Counted from the stretch's first letter, positions 30,737 through 40,775 are shown. The stretch: 61,285 bases of DNA from an uncultured Desulfopila sp. (GCA_964594945.1 CAZQOD010000001.1:1-61285); one strand, 5' to 3'. Notes: a model not told the origin generated them from the sequence alone. Made by a program: numbers and translations.

Positions 30737-31701
30737 TTTCCCATGGCCCTTTCTTCTATAACTATTGGGTTATACTGCCTCCCCAGTTTTTCAACTTCGA
30801 TCTCGACCGGCCCACCGGTAACCAGAAAATTGGCGTGGTGGATTGATTTACGCCCCGCAGCCGGTTTAAAGGCCGTCCCGCAGGAGACGATATCTCCGGG
30901 GTTAAGCGTTTGAAACTGGCTTATATAACTTACGATTTCAGCAATTTTATAATTGTAGTAACGGGTATTATCCTCGGCGACAACCTCCCCTGCCACACGA
31001 CAACTTACCGCCAGATTGTTGGGATCCCCGACCTCATCTTTAGTTACCAACCAGGGACCGAGAACACCAAAATTATCAGTACCCTTATATCTTCCCGCAT
31101 AAGAAAGATGTTGTTCACGCTTTTCTATTTTTGTCGGATCATCATCTGAAGCATAGAGTGCCTGGTAGTGAAAAAGATCCTCGGCCCGCATCCCGTTCCC
31201 GGTTATGTCATTGAAAATTGCATAACCAAAAATATAGTCATCTACAGCCACCGCCGCAACGTCCCTGGCCTTTTTTCCTATAATCACAGCAACTTCAGGT
31301 TCAGGATGCATACTACCGTAATATGTTCTCATTAACAGCGGCTGTTTATGAGCCGCCAGACATGATGGTGGTTTAAGGAAAAATGCCGGGTGATCCGGCG
31401 CTGATATTTTTCTGGAATTGCTAGCGGAATTATTAAGGGCCACACCACAGATCTTGCCGGGATCGGTAACGGGGGGCAACCACCTGATCTCCCCCTCATC
31501 AACCATCGATGACCTCTTATCGCCATCGAGTACAAGGCCCGCCAGGGCAAGGCCCCTTTCACCAAGGTTAATAAAAGATTTCATGTCGGCGACCGTGATA
31601 TTTTCGGCCTGGAAAACAGGTTCAAAGTCAAAAAGAATCCCCTCTCCGTCAACAACCCCGATACAGTGGCGATCCCGGTAATTAAAACTGACAAGTTTCA
31701 T
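30721..31701 (-). CDS. Fumarylacetoacetate hydrolase family protein
   Basis: PGKICGVALN, FFLKP, HPEPEVAVIIG, FNDIT, GPWLVT, LNPGDIV. Confidence 0.92.
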   Translation of the reverse strand: MKLVSFNYRDRHCIGVVDGEGILFDFEPVFQAENITVADMKSFINLGERGLALAGLVLDGDKRSSMVDEGEIRWLPPVTDPGKICGVALNNSASNSRKISAPDHPAFFLKPPSCLAAHKQPLLMRTYYGSMHPEPEVAVIIGKKARDVAAVAVDDYIFGYAIFNDITGNGMRAEDLFHYQALYASDDDPTKIEKREQHLSYAGRYKGTDNFGVLGPWLVTKDEVGDPNNLAVSCRVAGEVVAEDNTRYYNYKIAEIVSYISQFQTLNPGDIVSCGTAFKPAAGRKSIHHANFLVTGGPVEIEVEKLGRQYNPIVIEERAMGKWRLA

Positions 31702-31777
31702 AAAGTCTGACCTCTAACAGCAATGGAAATGTTTTCGCAGCGGATAACAAAAGACCATATTGTCGCAAAGATTGTTA

Positions 31778-32428
31778 TCACTCGTTGGGAAAGATTATCG
31801 GGAAAAGATTCCGTTGGGATGAATTATGGTGTCGACTCACAAGTTCCTTGGAACGTTCCACATCTTTCACACGCACGGCCTCGAAAATATCGTTATGTTC
31901 TGCTTTGATATCCATAATACGATTCAAACGCAAATCCTCCGTACGAAAACGGAGAAAAATTTTCCGGCAAATATCCCGATAACGTGCCGATAAAATATCA
32001 TTACCGACCATATCGAGTATTGACGCGTGGAACTCCGTATCAAGAATAAACAATTTCCGGTCAACATGGCTGGAAATGGCCTTCTCATAATCGACTTTTC
32101 GTTTTTCCAGCCTTTTCAACTTTGAATTATCCATGTTGCGAATTGCCTTCCCAAGAAAACCCACCTCCAGAACCTCGCGTATTTCAAATAAAAATACCGC
32201 TTCCTGCCGGGTAAGCTTATGAACAGAGTACCCTTGATTGGGAACAAAATCGAGATAACCTTCCTGGGCAAGAATGCTTAAAGCATTATTGACTGGGGTT
32301 CTGCTAACCCCCAATTGCTTGGCAAGATCAATAAAGACCAACCGTTGTCCCGGTACAATCTCGTATTTAAGCATCAAGTCGATTATCTGCTGATATACCT
32401 TAAAGGTTAAGTTACTATGTTTTTTCAA
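31778..32428 (-). CDS. GntR (FadR/FCD) family transcriptional regulator
   Basis: PGQRL...LAKQLGVSRTPV, LFEIREVLE, DTEFH, EH; TTG start with GGAGA RBS. Confidence 0.93.
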   Translation of the reverse strand: MKKHSNLTFKVYQQIIDLMLKYEIVPGQRLVFIDLAKQLGVSRTPVNNALSILAQEGYLDFVPNQGYSVHKLTRQEAVFLFEIREVLEVGFLGKAIRNMDNSKLKRLEKRKVDYEKAISSHVDRKLFILDTEFHASILDMVGNDILSARYRDICRKIFLRFRTEDLRLNRIMDIKAEHNDIFEAVRVKDVERSKELVSRHHNSSQRNLFPIIFPNE

Positions 32429-32489
32429 AAATCACGTCTCCCCATAAAACGAGTAATAAAATTTTCGTATTGCCGTCGCAGTAATCAAT

Positions 32490-32509
32490 ACCTGAACCTT
32501 GCACATGGA
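32490..32509 (+). repeat. Family 2 repeat end (ACCTGAACCTTGCAC)
   Basis: 19/20 identical to the inverse of 47861..47880; related ends at 33128..33143, 48951..48963, 49016..49030 and 54761..54771. Confidence 0.55.
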
Positions 32510-32798
32510 TAGAAAAAATATGAAACAACCTGACTCGTCAGGTCAAACAGTGGCCAGCAAACCGCAACTAACCCAAGTAACCAGGCATGGCTGGACCAAA
32601 TTACCAGGCCGCAGCCACAACAAACAATGAAAGCGACTCAAGAGTGAAAGCACCATCATAGAACAGTTTCGTTGAACACTATCCGCATATTCAAGGGACC
32701 TCTTCGAAAAGTGGCAGGATTCAGACAATGTGTAATTGTTCGCTATCTATTACATATTGAAAAGTATGTCAACCAACGCTTCCACCACATTCTTTTCC

Positions 32799-32835
32799 TT
32801 GACACCTTATTTATTGTATGCAATATATCATGTAA
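32799..32835 (+). promoter_or_regulatory. Sigma-70-like promoter with tandem operator in the gntR/fmdE divergent region
   Basis: TTGACA at 32799; TTGTATGCAA-TA-TATCATGTAA at 32814..32835; oppositely oriented TTGACA at 32767..32772. Confidence 0.6.
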
Positions 32836-33219
32836 TAAGATGTGCCCCTCACAACCATGGCAACAACAACCCACTTTTCAAACAACAAAATGGAAAAAAC
32901 AATATTTATGCGGTGTTAAATAACAATCAAATTTTGCTGCCGTTGGAAAGTTTACGATTCCCTGCCGGAGATGGGCGCTACCAGCGGCCGCATAAAAAAC
33001 CTCAGCACTTTAATAAGAAAATAAGAAAACATGGGGAAATTTTTCCAGCAAAACAATGGGCGCACTCACCCGGGCAGCATCGCAATAACTTGTTTATTTA
33101 ACAGCCATAATTTTTTCATACGTTATGCGTGCAAAATTCAGGTAAAAAGGTAAGGTTGACGGAAGATTTCGGAGTATTACTATACAAACAATCATACCCC
33201 AATACGGAGCACGTTAAAC

Positions 33220-33861
33220 ATGACAACTTTTCAAGAGTTACTCGATGAATCTGTACAAAAACACGGTCACTGTTGCCCTGGACAGGTGATCGGAGTCCGC
33301 ATGGCCATGCTTGGCTGTCGTCTGGTGGGCATCGACGACCCGAAGGACCCGAGGTTCCGCAAAAAGCTAATTGTCTATGTTGAGATTGATCGCTGCGCAA
33401 CGGATGCCATTGACAGCGTCACCGGTTGCCAGCTAGGAAGACGTACCTTAAAATTTAAAGATTTCGGAATCAATGCCGCAACCTTTGTCAACCTCGACAC
33501 CAACCTGGCCTATCGCGTCGTCTCCACCGAAGAATCACGGGAGTTGGCCGCCGACTATGCCGCGAATGAAAGTACACCGCAGCGCCAACAACTCATCGGC
33601 TACCAGAATATGCCGGAGAGACTCCTGTTCAAAGTCCAACAGGTGGAGGTTGACCTTCCCGACAACGATATGCCCGGACCACCACGTCACCATGTGATTT
33701 GCGACATTTGTGGACAAATGATACGTGATTCTAAAGAAATACGCTCACATGAACAGGTTATCTGCCGACCATGCAGCAATAAGAGCTATTTTAAGGTACT
33801 CCAACACTACCGCTTTCCAGATGATAATTCCCCGGAGGAAAATAATGAAACAAGTTGTTAA
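33220..33861 (+). CDS. FmdE-family protein with C-terminal zinc finger
   Basis: HGHCCPGQVIG, EIDRCATDAI...TGCQLG, CDICG...CRPC. Confidence 0.9.
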   Translation: MTTFQELLDESVQKHGHCCPGQVIGVRMAMLGCRLVGIDDPKDPRFRKKLIVYVEIDRCATDAIDSVTGCQLGRRTLKFKDFGINAATFVNLDTNLAYRVVSTEESRELAADYAANESTPQRQQLIGYQNMPERLLFKVQQVEVDLPDNDMPGPPRHHVICDICGQMIRDSKEIRSHEQVICRPCSNKSYFKVLQHYRFPDDNSPEENNETSC

Positions 33862-34873
33862 CCTGGAGGAAGCCGTCGGTTTCCCGCTCGCCCACGACAT
33901 CACGGAAATCCGGGCCGGCGAATTCAAAGGTCCCGCCTTTTCAAAGGGACATATCCTTAAACTTGAAGACCTCGAACACCTGCGCAGGCTCGGCAAAAAC
34001 CATCTATATATCTTAAAACCCGAGGCCGACGAAATGCATGAGAATGAAGCCGCGGAAGCCATTGCCAACGCGTTGTGTGGTGAGGGAGTCGGCTGGCAGG
34101 GGCCCCCAAAAGAAGGCAAAATTACCATCAGCGCCAGCCGTAACGGATTACTTAAAGTTAATGTTGAAGCATTACTGCAGTTCAATATGCAAGGGGATGT
34201 CATGTGCGCCACCCGCCACACAAACAGCGTTGTGGAAAAAGGCATGATTGTTGCCGGAACACGAGCCATTCCCCTGGTGGTATCCAGAAAAAATGTCGAT
34301 ATTGCGCTGCAAGCGGCACGGGTCGCACCCGACTCAATTTTACGAGTGTTACCAATCCCAAGGTCACGCGTCGGTATAATGATAACCGGCAACGAAGTTT
34401 TCAACGGCCTGATTGAAGATAAATTTGAGGCCGTCATAACCAAAAAGGTAAAAGAACTTGGCGGTACAATCCTCGAGGTTGCTTTTCTGCCCGACGACGA
34501 TGAAAAAATTGCCGCCGCGGCCACCCGGCTCCTGGAAGCAGGGGCCGACTTACTGATCACCACCGGCGGTATGAGTGTTGACCCGGATGATCGTACACGA
34601 TACGCTCTAAAACAGATAGGTATCCACGATATAGTCTACGGCACCCCTGTTCTCCCCGGTGCCATGTTTATGGTGGCCTACCTGGGCAACACCCCGATTC
34701 TCGGTATTCCCGCCTGTGGTATGTACAGCTCCCGAACCATACTTGACCTTGTTTATCCAAGGGTTCTTACAGGCGAAAAAATCACAAGAGAGGATATTGC
34801 CGGCCTGGGCCATGGAGGACTTTGTCTTGACTGCAAGATCTGTTCTTATCCGGTCTGTCCATTTGGTAAATAA
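33845..34873 (+). CDS. Molybdopterin-binding (MoeA-like) protein
   Basis: LAHDITEI, TGNEV, TTGGMSVDPDD, PVLPGAM, GHGGLCLDCKICSYPVCPFGK; start ATG 33845. Confidence 0.9.
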   Translation: MKQVVNLEEAVGFPLAHDITEIRAGEFKGPAFSKGHILKLEDLEHLRRLGKNHLYILKPEADEMHENEAAEAIANALCGEGVGWQGPPKEGKITISASRNGLLKVNVEALLQFNMQGDVMCATRHTNSVVEKGMIVAGTRAIPLVVSRKNVDIALQAARVAPDSILRVLPIPRSRVGIMITGNEVFNGLIEDKFEAVITKKVKELGGTILEVAFLPDDDEKIAAAATRLLEAGADLLITTGGMSVDPDDRTRYALKQIGIHDIVYGTPVLPGAMFMVAYLGNTPILGIPACGMYSSRTILDLVYPRVLTGEKITREDIAGLGHGGLCLDCKICSYPVCPFGK

Positions 34874-34979
34874 ATATCCCGATTTTTTCATCCGGTCCCT
34901 AAACAATTTATTGGTGTAGGCATACGGATCTTCAACTAAATCGTAGACAGACTCTTAAATTACAGTGCGGATATTACCG

Positions 34980-35384
34980 ATGATAAATGTTACCCCCGAA
35001 GCCACCAGAGCGATGGCGGACTATTTTCAAGACAAAGAGAGGATGCCGGTCCGTATCTTTGTCAAAATGGGGGGATGCGGCATTCGATCCTTCGGTATTG
35101 GAGTGGAACCCGTTTTACCATCCGATGATCTCCATGAAGTTGACGGTTTCAGCTATATAATGGAACGGAAACTCCTCAAAAAGTACGGGCCGATATCGAT
35201 CGACAGTGACGGTTTTAGTTTTCGCATAAGCGGCAACGGCATCCATCCGCCCATGGGATGCGGCACCTGCGGTTACGGCTGTGGTTCCAGGGGAGGGAGC
35301 AGGTGCAGCGGAGTATGCGCCACATGTGAAAACCCCTGCCCCACCGGTAAACGAATTCTTGCCAGGCGGCGGAATCGGCAATAA
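34980..35384 (+). CDS. IscA/HesB-like protein with Cys-rich tail
   Basis: INVTPEA...VRIFVKMGGCG...DDLHEVDGFSYI...ISID; tail with 7 Cys. Confidence 0.8.
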   Translation: MINVTPEATRAMADYFQDKERMPVRIFVKMGGCGIRSFGIGVEPVLPSDDLHEVDGFSYIMERKLLKKYGPISIDSDGFSFRISGNGIHPPMGCGTCGYGCGSRGGSRCSGVCATCENPCPTGKRILARRRNRQ

Positions 35385-35548
35385 TGCAATCTTAAGTTTA
35401 CCACGCTTCCCACTGCATCCGGCTCGTTATTAATAGCCTGAACCATTTTTCTACGTCAGCACCACAGATATCCAGCACCTCGGCTGAACATGTTGATTGC
35501 AGATTTCAGGCCTTACCGAATCCCAGCCAAATCCTGCGGAAATAAATA

Positions 35549-35654
35549 TTGACAGCCGGTCAGTTTCATGTAAAGTATGGGGAGTTAAGAGGAGACCGGC
35601 GCAGTCGCGGTCTGTTTTGTTCGCGCCCTCGATTGCATGTAATTTTTCATGCAG
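35549..35654 (+). promoter_or_regulatory. Sigma-70-like promoter and operators for molybdoenzyme 1
   Basis: TTGACA-16-TAAAGT overlapped by TTTCATGTAA; TTGCATGTAA-TT-TTTCATGCAG at 35633..35654. Confidence 0.65.
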
Positions 35655-35821
35655 AGAGATGTGCAGAAATGTTGGTTACAAATTTTTTAATTCGGCCACT
35701 GACCATTCCGGAGACAGGCGAAAAGTACATTTTTACCGACTCTCAATATTTTTTATAAAAATGGTTATTCCCAGGCACTATCCGGGAACAGTGAATTTTC
35801 AACCAGAGGAGATATATATCG

Positions 35822-38437
35822 ATGAAACCAATTAAAACAAAAGACAGGACAGTCTTGAGATCCCTTGGCCTAGGCGGCTACTTCGGGGGCGGCTCCGAAG
35901 GAATGGTGGACGTCAAGAACGGCAAGATAGTCCGCGTTCGTCCAATGCGCTACGGATGGAAGTATAAAAAAGAAGACGTGCGGCAATGGAAGATAGAGCG
36001 AGATGGAAAAAGCATCGAGCCGACCTGGAAATCACTACCGGGTCCGTTTTCTCTGGCTTACAAAAAGCGCGTCTATTCCCCCAACCGTGTCCCGTATCCG
36101 ATGAAGCGTGTCGATTGGGATCCCAACGGAGAGCGCAATCCCCAGAATCGCGGCAAGAGTAAATTTGAACGAATCTCCTGGGATGAGGCCAGTAAAATCA
36201 TTGCCGACGAGATAAGAAGAATCCATGCCAAATACGGTTATAACGCCATCCTGATGCAGGGCGATGGCCACGGCGAATGTAAGACCATCAACACCCCCCA
36301 CGGCCATCCAGGAGTATTGCTTGAATACCTCGGCGGCTTTACCCTGCAGGTACGTAACCCCGACAGCTGGGAAGGCTGGTACTGGGGAGCAAAACACGTC
36401 TGGGGCCAGGGCGCGCAGGGGATTATGTACCCGGCCGCCAATATCGTTAAAGATACCATAGAACACGCCGACATGGTCCTTTTCTGGGGTTGTGATCCGG
36501 AAACCACCCCGTGGGGATTCGTCGGCCAATTCGCCAGCAGACTCTGCTACTTTTTCACCGAAGTGGGGATCAAACAGGTATACATATGCCCCGACTGCAA
36601 TTACGGCACGGCAATCCACGCTGACAAGTGGATTCCCGTACTGCCGAATACGGATGCGGCGTTACAGCTGGCCATCATCTACATGTGGCTTACCGAAGGA
36701 ACATACGATAAGGAGTATGTCAAGACCCACACCGTCGGAATGGATAAGGTTGCCGACTATGTTCTCGGTAAGGAAGACGACGTACCCAAAAGTCCGGAAT
36801 GGGCTTCACCAAAATGTGGCGTACCCGTCTGGACCATCAAGGCCCTTGCCCGTGAATTTGCCGACAAAACCACCTCGATTGCCCACTATTTCGGCGGCGG
36901 TTTCATCCGTGGACCCTTTTCCCACGAACCGGCACGCCTTGAATGTATCCTCCTGGGTATGCAGGGGCTTGGCGGTCCCGGTGTCCATCAGCACCAGTTC
37001 ACCTACTTCGGTCTGCCCAGAGCTGAGGGCCTGGGCGGCACTTTCTTCTGGAACCCGGAAATTGAGGAACGTATAGCACTACCCGTACTAAGTGCGGTCA
37101 GCGCATGGCAAAACCAGGTAATTCCAAAAACTCTTATCCAAAACGCAATCCTGTCTGACGAGCCCATCACCTTCAGGGGCACCGGCGCCCAGAATGCTCT
37201 GACCCATGATCAGTTCGAGCACTACGTTTTCCCCATTGCAAAAGAGAAAAAAGGTTCAAGAATACACATGATCTGGGCGGATAGCCCGTGTCGCATCACC
37301 TGCTGGAATTTTGGCCACGAGACCGAACTTGCCATGCGCAGCCCGGAAATTGAATTTTTCGTAGCCCAGCATCCATGGTTTGAAAATGATTGTCTCTATG
37401 CGGATATCGTCCTGCCCGCCAATACCCATATGGAAGTTGATGATATCGTCACCAATATCCGCCAGGGTACCATGCAACCTAATATCATGCTTACCGAAAA
37501 GGCCATCGAACCTGTGGGTGAATCCAAAAGCGACGCAGAATGCGTGCTTGAAGTTGCCAAACAGTTTGAAGGTATGGAAGAGCAGATGACCGAAGGTAAG
37601 ACCATTGCCGACCTGCAAAAGGCCATCTGGGGATATATGGGCGGCGAAAAGCTGGTCAGTTGGGAACAGCTCAAGGAAAAGAGCTATTGGATCTACAACA
37701 CCGCCCCCGACTGGGAAAAAGATCCTCCGGGGTTCCGGGAATTTTATGAAGATCCGGAAAATCATAAACTCAACACCCCCACCGGAAAACTTGAGTTCTA
37801 TTCGGAGGCCCTTGCCAAGGCATACCCGCACGACAAGGAGAGGGGACCAATCCCCAAATGGGTTGAAAAAAGCCATAACCACGACGAACGAATGTCCAGC
37901 CATCGGGCCAAGATGTTTCCATTACTGATTATGTCCAACCACGGCAGATGGCGGGTCCATGCCCAGTGTGACGATATCACCTGGACACGTGAAACCCCCA
38001 CCATGAAAGTTACCGGCCCGGACGGTTATAAATACGAACCATGCTGGATGCATCCCACCGAGGCCGAAAAACGCGGGATCAAGTCTGGAGATATCGTGAA
38101 AATATTCAATGAGCGCGGTGTGGTTCTTGCCGGAGCCTACGTCACCGAGCGTGTTCGTCCCGGGGTCACATATATAGACCACGGCGCCAGACACGATCCG
38201 ATAAAAACCGGTGAAATTGAGCGTGGTGGAGCAATCAACACCATTACCCCCGGCGCCGTCACTTCCGAAAACTGCGTGGGGCAGATCGGCGGTGGTTATC
38301 TGGTCGAGGTGCAAAAAGTTAAAGGCGAAGAGATGGACCAGTGGAGACGCGATTATCCCGACTCATTTGCAAGAAAATATGATGCGGCAGCAGGACTTCG
38401 TGTGGATGCCTGGATTGTTGACGGAGGAAAAAAATAA
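35822..38437 (+). CDS. DMSO-reductase-family Mo/W enzyme, pyrogallol transhydroxylase large-subunit-like (divergent)
   Basis: [38 protein letters not shown] (Ser ligand), ADIVLPA, TPTGKLEF; no N-terminal Fe-S motif or Tat signal. Confidence 0.9.
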   Translation: MKPIKTKDRTVLRSLGLGGYFGGGSEGMVDVKNGKIVRVRPMRYGWKYKKEDVRQWKIERDGKSIEPTWKSLPGPFSLAYKKRVYSPNRVPYPMKRVDWDPNGERNPQNRGKSKFERISWDEASKIIADEIRRIHAKYGYNAILMQGDGHGECKTINTPHGHPGVLLEYLGGFTLQVRNPDSWEGWYWGAKHVWGQGAQGIMYPAANIVKDTIEHADMVLFWGCDPETTPWGFVGQFASRLCYFFTEVGIKQVYICPDCNYGTAIHADKWIPVLPNTDAALQLAIIYMWLTEGTYDKEYVKTHTVGMDKVADYVLGKEDDVPKSPEWASPKCGVPVWTIKALAREFADKTTSIAHYFGGGFIRGPFSHEPARLECILLGMQGLGGPGVHQHQFTYFGLPRAEGLGGTFFWNPEIEERIALPVLSAVSAWQNQVIPKTLIQNAILSDEPITFRGTGAQNALTHDQFEHYVFPIAKEKKGSRIHMIWADSPCRITCWNFGHETELAMRSPEIEFFVAQHPWFENDCLYADIVLPANTHMEVDDIVTNIRQGTMQPNIMLTEKAIEPVGESKSDAECVLEVAKQFEGMEEQMTEGKTIADLQKAIWGYMGGEKLVSWEQLKEKSYWIYNTAPDWEKDPPGFREFYEDPENHKLNTPTGKLEFYSEALAKAYPHDKERGPIPKWVEKSHNHDERMSSHRAKMFPLLIMSNHGRWRVHAQCDDITWTRETPTMKVTGPDGYKYEPCWMHPTEAEKRGIKSGDIVKIFNERGVVLAGAYVTERVRPGVTYIDHGARHDPIKTGEIERGGAINTITPGAVTSENCVGQIGGGYLVEVQKVKGEEMDQWRRDYPDSFARKYDAAAGLRVDAWIVDGGKK

Positions 38438-39258
38438 TGAAAGTATTTACTGTAGATCTCTCTATTTGTAATGGCTGCTACTGCTGTCAGATCGCCTGTA
38501 AGGATGAGCACGTGGCCAACGATTGGAGCCCTTACGCCAAACCGCAGCCGGACACCGGGCAATTCTGGATTGGTATTACGGAAAAGGTTCGTGGCCATAT
38601 CCCACACGTCAAGGTGAGTTACACGCCATTTCTATGTAACCACTGCGATGACGCTCCCTGTATAGGAGATTGTAAGGCTGAGGCCATCTATAAACGTGAC
38701 GACGGAATCGTAATCATCGATCCGGAAAAATGTACGGGATGCAAGCTTTGCGCCGACACCTGCCCGCACGGTTCCATCTTCTTTAATGAACAGTTGAATA
38801 TCGCCCAGAAATGTACCGGCTGTACCCACCTGCTCGACAATGACCCAGAATGGACGGTACCGCGCTGTGTCGATCAATGCCCCACCGAGGCCTTGAAGTT
38901 CGGGGAAGAAGAGGATTTTAAAGACTTCATCAAAGATGCCGAGCTGCTCAACCCTGAAGCCGGAACCAAATCAAGGGTCTATTATAAGGGACTGCCCAAA
39001 AAGTTCGTTGCCGGCACCCTTTACGACCCCAAAGCCCAGGAAGTCCTTATCGGTGCCACCTGCACCATGAAAGATGAGGAATCGGGGGAGGAATTCACCG
39101 AAACCACATCAAATTTCGGCGATTTTTGGTTTAAGAATTTAGCGGACAACAGGAGTTACACACTCACCGTCAAAAAGGACGGGGCCACTAAAACCATCTC
39201 CGGAATCAAGACAGACATCGACCGTGGCCTGGGTGACATCCCAGTTGATATGGGATAA
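38437..39258 (+). CDS. Fe-S small subunit (AthS-like)
   Basis: CNGCYCCQIACKDEH, CNHCDDAPC, CTGCKLC, KCTGC, C-terminal FGDFWF beta domain. Confidence 0.92.
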   Translation: MKVFTVDLSICNGCYCCQIACKDEHVANDWSPYAKPQPDTGQFWIGITEKVRGHIPHVKVSYTPFLCNHCDDAPCIGDCKAEAIYKRDDGIVIIDPEKCTGCKLCADTCPHGSIFFNEQLNIAQKCTGCTHLLDNDPEWTVPRCVDQCPTEALKFGEEEDFKDFIKDAELLNPEAGTKSRVYYKGLPKKFVAGTLYDPKAQEVLIGATCTMKDEESGEEFTETTSNFGDFWFKNLADNRSYTLTVKKDGATKTISGIKTDIDRGLGDIPVDMG

Positions 39259-39267
39259 TTTCACAGC

Positions 39268-39312
39268 CATACAGCCCCCCCCCGCTAACCTTCATTGGTT
39301 AGCCGGGGGTAT
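39268..39312. terminator. GC-rich hairpin between convergent genes
   Basis: CCCCC-CGCTAACC-TTCATT-GGTTAGC-CGGGGG; no clear U tract. Confidence 0.45.
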
Positions 39313-39444
39313 GACTTGCGAAAACGGCCTCTTGTTAATAAAAACATCTTCTCCGGGATGTCGATTACAGCGACGGGTCGTTTTTGCTCTTCCGACTCTG
39401 TTTATATTTCGTATGGCACGAAATGTTATTGGCTTAAAATTACA

Positions 39445-39909
39445 CTATAACTTACACTTCCCGACCCTCGGTGGCGCCTTATCAAGGCATTCCAGTAGAG
39501 TAACTTCATAAGTCAATTTCAGACCGGCCAGGGGGTGATTGCCGTCAATGGTCACCGTCCTGTCATCCACGGCATTTACAATAAAATTTACCCTCTCTCC
39601 GTCCCTGTTCTGATATTGCACAGTCCGACCAACCACGAGTTCAATATCGGGCGGAAAGTTCTTCCTCTCGACCCTCAGCACCAGGTTTTTATCATATTCA
39701 CCGTAACCCTCTTCGGGTTTTACTTCAATTTTCCTGGTTGTATTTATCTGCATGCCGATGATTCCGGATTCCAGACGATTAAATACTTTCCCGTCACCGA
39801 GTTTGAACTTCAAAGAGGCCTTTTCGCTGGAATTTCCAACAACGGTTCCATCATCGAGCACAATAACAAACTCAATTGTAATAAATTTCCCCCAGTCCGC
39901 ACTTATCAT
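39445..39909 (-). CDS. FKBP-type peptidyl-prolyl isomerase (SlyD-like, no His tail)
   Basis: PEEGYGEYD and DGNHPLAGLKLTYEV motifs; start set at ATG 39909. Confidence 0.9.
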   Translation of the reverse strand: MISADWGKFITIEFVIVLDDGTVVGNSSEKASLKFKLGDGKVFNRLESGIIGMQINTTRKIEVKPEEGYGEYDKNLVLRVERKNFPPDIELVVGRTVQYQNRDGERVNFIVNAVDDRTVTIDGNHPLAGLKLTYEVTLLECLDKAPPRVGKCKL

Positions 39910-40081
39910 ATTTCTCTCATAATTAAAATCTGTTATTTTTGCCTGCATCAACAAATTAAAAAGGATGTTCCCGAAAGATCGTCAGGGAGAACAGGTTTCT
40001 ATGAAATAGCCTACACCCTAGAGTTGCTTTCATTGTTCGTTATGGCTGTTGCCTGAGAATTTGGTCCAACCGTGCTGATTG

Positions 40082-40399
40082 CTAAAAAGGTCTGCGCTCC
40101 GGCACGTATACACGTTCAATCTTTTTATCAAGCCAATCCCGCGACACATACAGGTTACAGTAGCAACTCCCGTATTCCTCCATATCAGCCTGCCGATATA
40201 TACACGGGCAGATAATATCCCGATCCGCTTCATAATCACCAGACGCTAAACGACACGGACAGGACATATAACCGTATCTCTGCTTATTAACAAGAAGTCC
40301 ACGCAGGAGATCCATGGTTTTATCAATATCTTCCTGGAAATAATTTCCCTTCTTTTCCTGACTTTTCTGTAAATTTCTATACAGGGTTTCAACATCCAT
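40082..40399 (-). CDS. Ferredoxin:thioredoxin reductase catalytic (beta) subunit-like
   Basis: YGYMSCPCR, ICPC, GSCYCNLYV. Confidence 0.92.
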   Translation of the reverse strand: MDVETLYRNLQKSQEKKGNYFQEDIDKTMDLLRGLLVNKQRYGYMSCPCRLASGDYEADRDIICPCIYRQADMEEYGSCYCNLYVSRDWLDKKIERVYVPERRPF

Positions 40400-40656
40400 C
40401 AGTGGACCAACGCCTCCCTAATCTGCTGTTCCAGAAAACCGACAATAACCAGCGTACCAATGACCAAAGTGGGAAAAGAGCATCTTTTGTTATATTGCCT
40501 CAGCTCATCGAGCATATCCCTTCGCTCTTTGCCCATCAGCAGATCAACGTCAACGTAGTCGTAGGCATAACCACCTTCATCAAGAATTTTTTTCAACGAT
40601 TTACAGTGGCCGCAGGTACTGAGGGCGTACAATTTTATCCTTCGCTTATCGTCCAT
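40399..40656 (-). CDS. Glutaredoxin (NrdH-like)
   Basis: LYALSTCGHCK, SFPTLVIG, VGF. True start is ATG 40656; the longer track ORF reads through the MITE. Confidence 0.9.
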   Translation of the reverse strand: MDDKRRIKLYALSTCGHCKSLKKILDEGGYAYDYVDVDLLMGKERRDMLDELRQYNKRCSFPTLVIGTLVIVGFLEQQIREALVH

Positions 40657-40775
40657 TAACGCCTTACTCCGCAAAAGCTGTAATAAAAAAACAAGAAATA
40701 ATAGACCATAAAAACCCGGATGCCGGTAACAGCAACAAGGCACTTATACCGGCTTACCGGTCATTTCCGTTGTTA
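40657..40775 (-). mobile_element. MITE-like repeat, family 1, copy B
   Basis: Fills the whole usp-grx intergenic space; TAAC...GTTA ends. Confidence 0.82.

Noticed and set aside
32840-33219. Possible Moco/Wco riboswitch or ModE box upstream of fmdE
   Set aside because: No consensus elements were recognisable by eye; an Rfam/Infernal scan would be needed.
33745-34563. 272-aa minus-strand ORF
   Set aside because: Antisense to the MoeA-like gene; Ser/Pro-rich shadow composition.
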